Shown here: one piece after another, positions 57,545-64,000 of the stretch
How the letters are laid out: every line of letters starts with the position of its first letter
Position numbering within the stretch: the stretch's first letter is position 1
Assembly: GCA_964016885.1 (NCBI GenBank)
Contig: OZ024743.1
Location: forward strand, 335,110,001-335,174,000
Source of the DNA: Eledone cirrhosa
Taxonomy: Eukaryota
DNA: 64,000 bases
Direction of reading: 5' to 3'
The notes under the pieces: generated by a model
Told to the model about the DNA's origin: nothing
Seen by the model: the letters and a program-made list of their open reading frames with translations, nothing else
Database searches by the model: none
Position numbers and translations under genes: made by a program

Positions 57545-57607
<63 letters not shown>

Positions 57608-57609
57608 TG

Positions 57610-57677
<68 letters not shown>

Positions 57678-57712
57678 TATATATATATGTATATATGCAT
57701 ATATATATTATA

Positions 57713-57745
<33 letters not shown>

Positions 57746-57821
57746 TATGTATATATATATATTTATATATATATGTTAATATATATATTTATATTATATT
57801 TTTTAATGTATTTTGAAAATG

Positions 57822-58106
<285 letters not shown>

Positions 58107-58114
58107 TATATATG

Positions 58115-58185
<71 letters not shown>

Positions 58186-58235
58186 TATATATATGTATAT
58201 ATATATATATATAAGTATATATATATGTATATATG

Positions 58236-58268
<33 letters not shown>

Positions 58269-58303
58269 GTATATATATATAAGTATATATATATGTATAT
58301 ACG

Positions 58304-58335
<32 letters not shown>

Positions 58336-58357
58336 AGTATATATATATGTATATACG

Positions 58358-58389
<32 letters not shown>

Positions 58390-58495
58390 AGTATATATAT
58401 ATGTATATATGTATATATATATATATATGTATATATGAATATATATATGTATATATATATGTATATATATATAAGTATATATATATGTATATATG

Positions 58496-58531
<36 letters not shown>

Positions 58532-58586
58532 AGTATATATATATGTATATAATGTATATATGTATATATATATATATGTATATATG

Positions 58587-58620
<34 letters not shown>

Positions 58621-58642
58621 AGTATATATATATGTATATACG

Positions 58643-58674
<32 letters not shown>

Positions 58675-58696
58675 AGTATATATATATGTATATACG

Positions 58697-58728
<32 letters not shown>

Positions 58729-58750
58729 AGTATATATATATGTATATACG

Positions 58751-58782
<32 letters not shown>

Positions 58783-58798
58783 AGTATATATATATGTA

Positions 58799-58843
<45 letters not shown>

Positions 58844-58954
58844 ATATATATGTATATATATATGTATATATATATAAGTATATATATATGTATATATGTA
58901 TATATATATATATATATGTATATATATACAAGTATATATATATGTATATATGTA

Positions 58955-59032
<78 letters not shown>

Positions 59033-59036
59033 AATG

Positions 59037-59093
<57 letters not shown>

Positions 59094-59117
59094 GTATATA
59101 TATATGTATATATAATA

Positions 59118-59305
<188 letters not shown>

Positions 59306-59306
59306 C

Positions 59307-59745
<439 letters not shown>

Positions 59746-59747
59746 AA

Positions 59748-59877
<130 letters not shown>

Positions 59878-59901
59878 TATGTATATATGTATATATATAT
59901 G

Positions 59902-59939
<38 letters not shown>

Positions 59940-59965
59940 TGCATATATATATATATATATATATG

Positions 59966-60082
<117 letters not shown>

Positions 60083-60083
60083 C

Positions 60084-60126
<43 letters not shown>

Positions 60127-60128
<2 letters not shown>

Positions 60129-60317
60129 TAAAGTGACCAGTGAAAAACTTGGTACATCTACATATGTATACGTGTGTGTATTCATATGCATACTAGTATT
60201 TCAGTATACATATGTGGATGTACATTTTTAACTTAATTGTTTAAGCGTCAGTCAAACAAAAGTGAGTTACAAACGAAACGAAATTTAATTTCGTTTCGTT
60301 ATTTGTTTCGTTATTTG

Positions 60318-60320
<3 letters not shown>
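60127..60320 (+). mobile_element. Solo diverged 3' fragment of the 469-bp unit in (TA)n
   Basis: Matches the last about 190 nt of the array unit and ends at the same terminal hairpin. Confidence 0.88.
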
Positions 60321-60415
<95 letters not shown>

Positions 60416-60430
60416 GTATATATATATATG

Positions 60431-60487
<57 letters not shown>

Positions 60488-60656
60488 GTATATATATATA
60501 TGTATATATATATATATGTATATATATATATGTATATATATATATGTATATATATATATATGTATATATATATGTATATATATACATATATATATATATA
60601 TGTATATATATATATGTATATATATATGTATATATATACATATATACATATATATG

Positions 60657-60747
<91 letters not shown>

Positions 60748-60839
60748 GTATATATATGTATATATATATGTATATATATACATATATATATATATGTATA
60801 TATATACATATATATATATACATATATATGTATATATGT

Positions 60840-61041
<202 letters not shown>

Positions 61042-61087
61042 TATGTATGTATATATATATAAATATATGTATATATATATATATAAA

Positions 61088-61130
<43 letters not shown>

Positions 61131-61157
61131 GTATATATATATATGTATATATATATG

Positions 61158-61215
<58 letters not shown>

Positions 61216-61228
61216 TGTATATGTATAT

Positions 61229-61361
<133 letters not shown>

Positions 61362-61362
61362 G

Positions 61363-61417
<55 letters not shown>

Positions 61418-61418
61418 G

Positions 61419-61450
<32 letters not shown>

Positions 61451-61478
61451 AATGTATATATATATATATATATATATA

Positions 61479-61910
<432 letters not shown>

Positions 61911-61917
61911 GTATATA

Positions 61918-62062
<145 letters not shown>

Positions 62063-62063
62063 G

Positions 62064-62136
<73 letters not shown>

Positions 62137-62141
62137 GTATG

Positions 62142-62350
<209 letters not shown>

Positions 62351-62814
62351 TTAGAAACACACAGATACATGCGGACACACACATATATACATGAATGCAT
62401 CCGCACCCAACTGTGAGTTAAGGGTGCCAACTTCACCGATGTTGCTCAATGAATGACTGGGACAGACCAATTCAGTTTGAACCAGACTGAACCAGTATCA
62501 GAGTTAAAAATACATTATGAAGAGAGAAGAAACATTTAGATATAATTAGTAGTAAAATGTATCATACCTAAACTGCTCCTAAATTCCTCGACTACGTAGT
62601 TTCGTGGCATAAACAAAAACAATATATCAAAGATATAGAGTCCCTACGGCCTCGATATGAATACCCCCTCCGCCTCCGTGGTATTTTCTTCGTGGTTATA
62701 GGAGGCTTAGCTCTGTTTCTCGACCGTTATATCGCGTGACTATCTCCCCCTCCGCCTTTTGGGATTCTTTCTCACGTCGTGTAGACGCGTTCTTGAGACT
62801 AGTAAAATGAGGTA

Positions 62815-62902
62815 TCCTCTTGATAAGTTGGCAGACCTCGCAGGGACTCTATATCTTTGATATATTGTTTTTGTTTATGCCACGAAACTACGTAGTCGAG
62901 GA
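62815..62902 (+). ncRNA. Type I hammerhead, U3-A8 core
   Basis: tcctc-TTGATAA-gttggca...tgccac-GAAA-ctacgtag-TC-gagga. Confidence 0.78.
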
Positions 62903-63404
62903 ATTTAGGAGCAGTTTAGTATGATACATTTTATTACTAATTATATCTAAATGTTTCTTCTCTCTTCATAATGTATTTTTAACTCTGATACTGGTTCAGT
63001 CTGGTTCAAACTGAATTGGTCTGTCCCAGTCATTCATTGAGCAACATCGGTGAAGTTGGCACCCTTAACTCACAGTTGGGTGCGGATGCATTCATGTATA
63101 TATGTGTGTGTCCGCATGTATCTGTGTGTTTCTAAATATATTAATAACTCCCTCTGGTCGAGCAATCTTTGAGGTGTGGGAACAACTGGAAAGCTTCCAT
63201 TACTCATACTTCTCGCCTTCTTCACTACCTCTTCTACGGCCTCGATATGAATACCCCCTCCGCCTCCGTGGTATTTTCTTCGTGGTTATAGGAGGCTTAG
63301 CTCTGTTTCTCGACCGTTATATCGCGTGACTATCTCCCCCTCCGCCTTTTGGGATTCTTTCTCACGTCGTGTAGACGCGTTCTTGAGACTAGTAAAATGA
63401 GGTA

Positions 63405-63492
63405 TCCTCTTGATAAGTTGGCAGACCTCGCAGGGACTCTATATCTTTGATATATTGTTTTTGTTTATGCCACGAAACTACGTAGTCGAGGA
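63405..63492 (+). ncRNA. Type I hammerhead, U3-A8 core (tandem copy)
   Basis: Identical to 62815-62902, 590 bp downstream. Confidence 0.78.
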
Positions 63493-63564
63493 ATTTAGGA
63501 GCAGTTTAGGTATGATACATTTTATTACTAATTATATCTAAATGTTTCTTCTCTCTTCATAATG

Positions 63565-63609
<45 letters not shown>

Positions 63610-63616
63610 GTATATA

Positions 63617-63683
<67 letters not shown>

Positions 63684-63687
<4 letters not shown>

Positions 63688-64000
63688 AGTTATATTTAAA
63701 ATGTTGGGTTACAACTAGTAAATATTTATAACTGATATAAAAGCACTCAACAAGTATTTGGAGTATATTTACGATATTAAATAAATGGAAACTATATTTA
63801 TAAAACCATATTTATTTCATTATATATATTTCAGGGATATCATATTAACAATATGTTATGCCTTCTTCAGACAAAATACAATATAGACAGTTTTATAGAT
63901 AAATAGATTTGACATACCGTTCAACATCGACTTGTATTTGAAAAAGTTGATTTGGCAGTGAAAAATTGTAAACAGAAAGAAAGAAAGAAAGAAAACGAAG
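63684..64000 (-). mobile_element. Second copy of the 52437 element, cut by the window end
   Basis: Near-identical to 52437-52770. Confidence 0.88.

Larger units (their letters stand above)
62351..63565. mobile_element. 590-bp-period HHR element: inverted arm plus 1.5 tandem units
   Basis: 62351-62645 is on -. On +, ctacggcctcg recurs at 62644 and 63234. Confidence 0.88.

Overview
Eukaryotic, AT-rich, repeat-saturated window with no recognisable host gene. The SINE families and huge (TA)n tracts suggest a mollusc, probably an octopus (inference). Protein-coding content is all transposon-derived and mostly broken: Penelope-like elements (PLEs; RT + GIY-YIG) at 4.7-7.4 kb and 29.4-32.7 kb, an R4/Dong-like RLE non-LTR element at 25.0-28.9 kb, the ORF1+APE part of a CR1-group LINE at 47.2-48.9 kb, and RTE fragments. 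There is also a non-autonomous Helitron and many SINEs. The main signal is non-coding. Reading by eye, most unique-sequence islands between the (TA)n tracts carry a type I hammerhead ribozyme (HHR) motif and show a head-to-head inverted layout with 3' ends facing (TA)n. About nine unrelated families can be folded. The largest is a 469-bp x16 tandem array (39.2-47.0 kb) that inverts at its centre and has one minimal HHR per unit (retrozyme-like). Several families have non-canonical cores (U3-A8 compensatory pair, C.A closure of stem II, stem II over 100 nt) and family-specific palindromic stem III sequences. All folds were made by hand and no cleavage activity is demonstrated.
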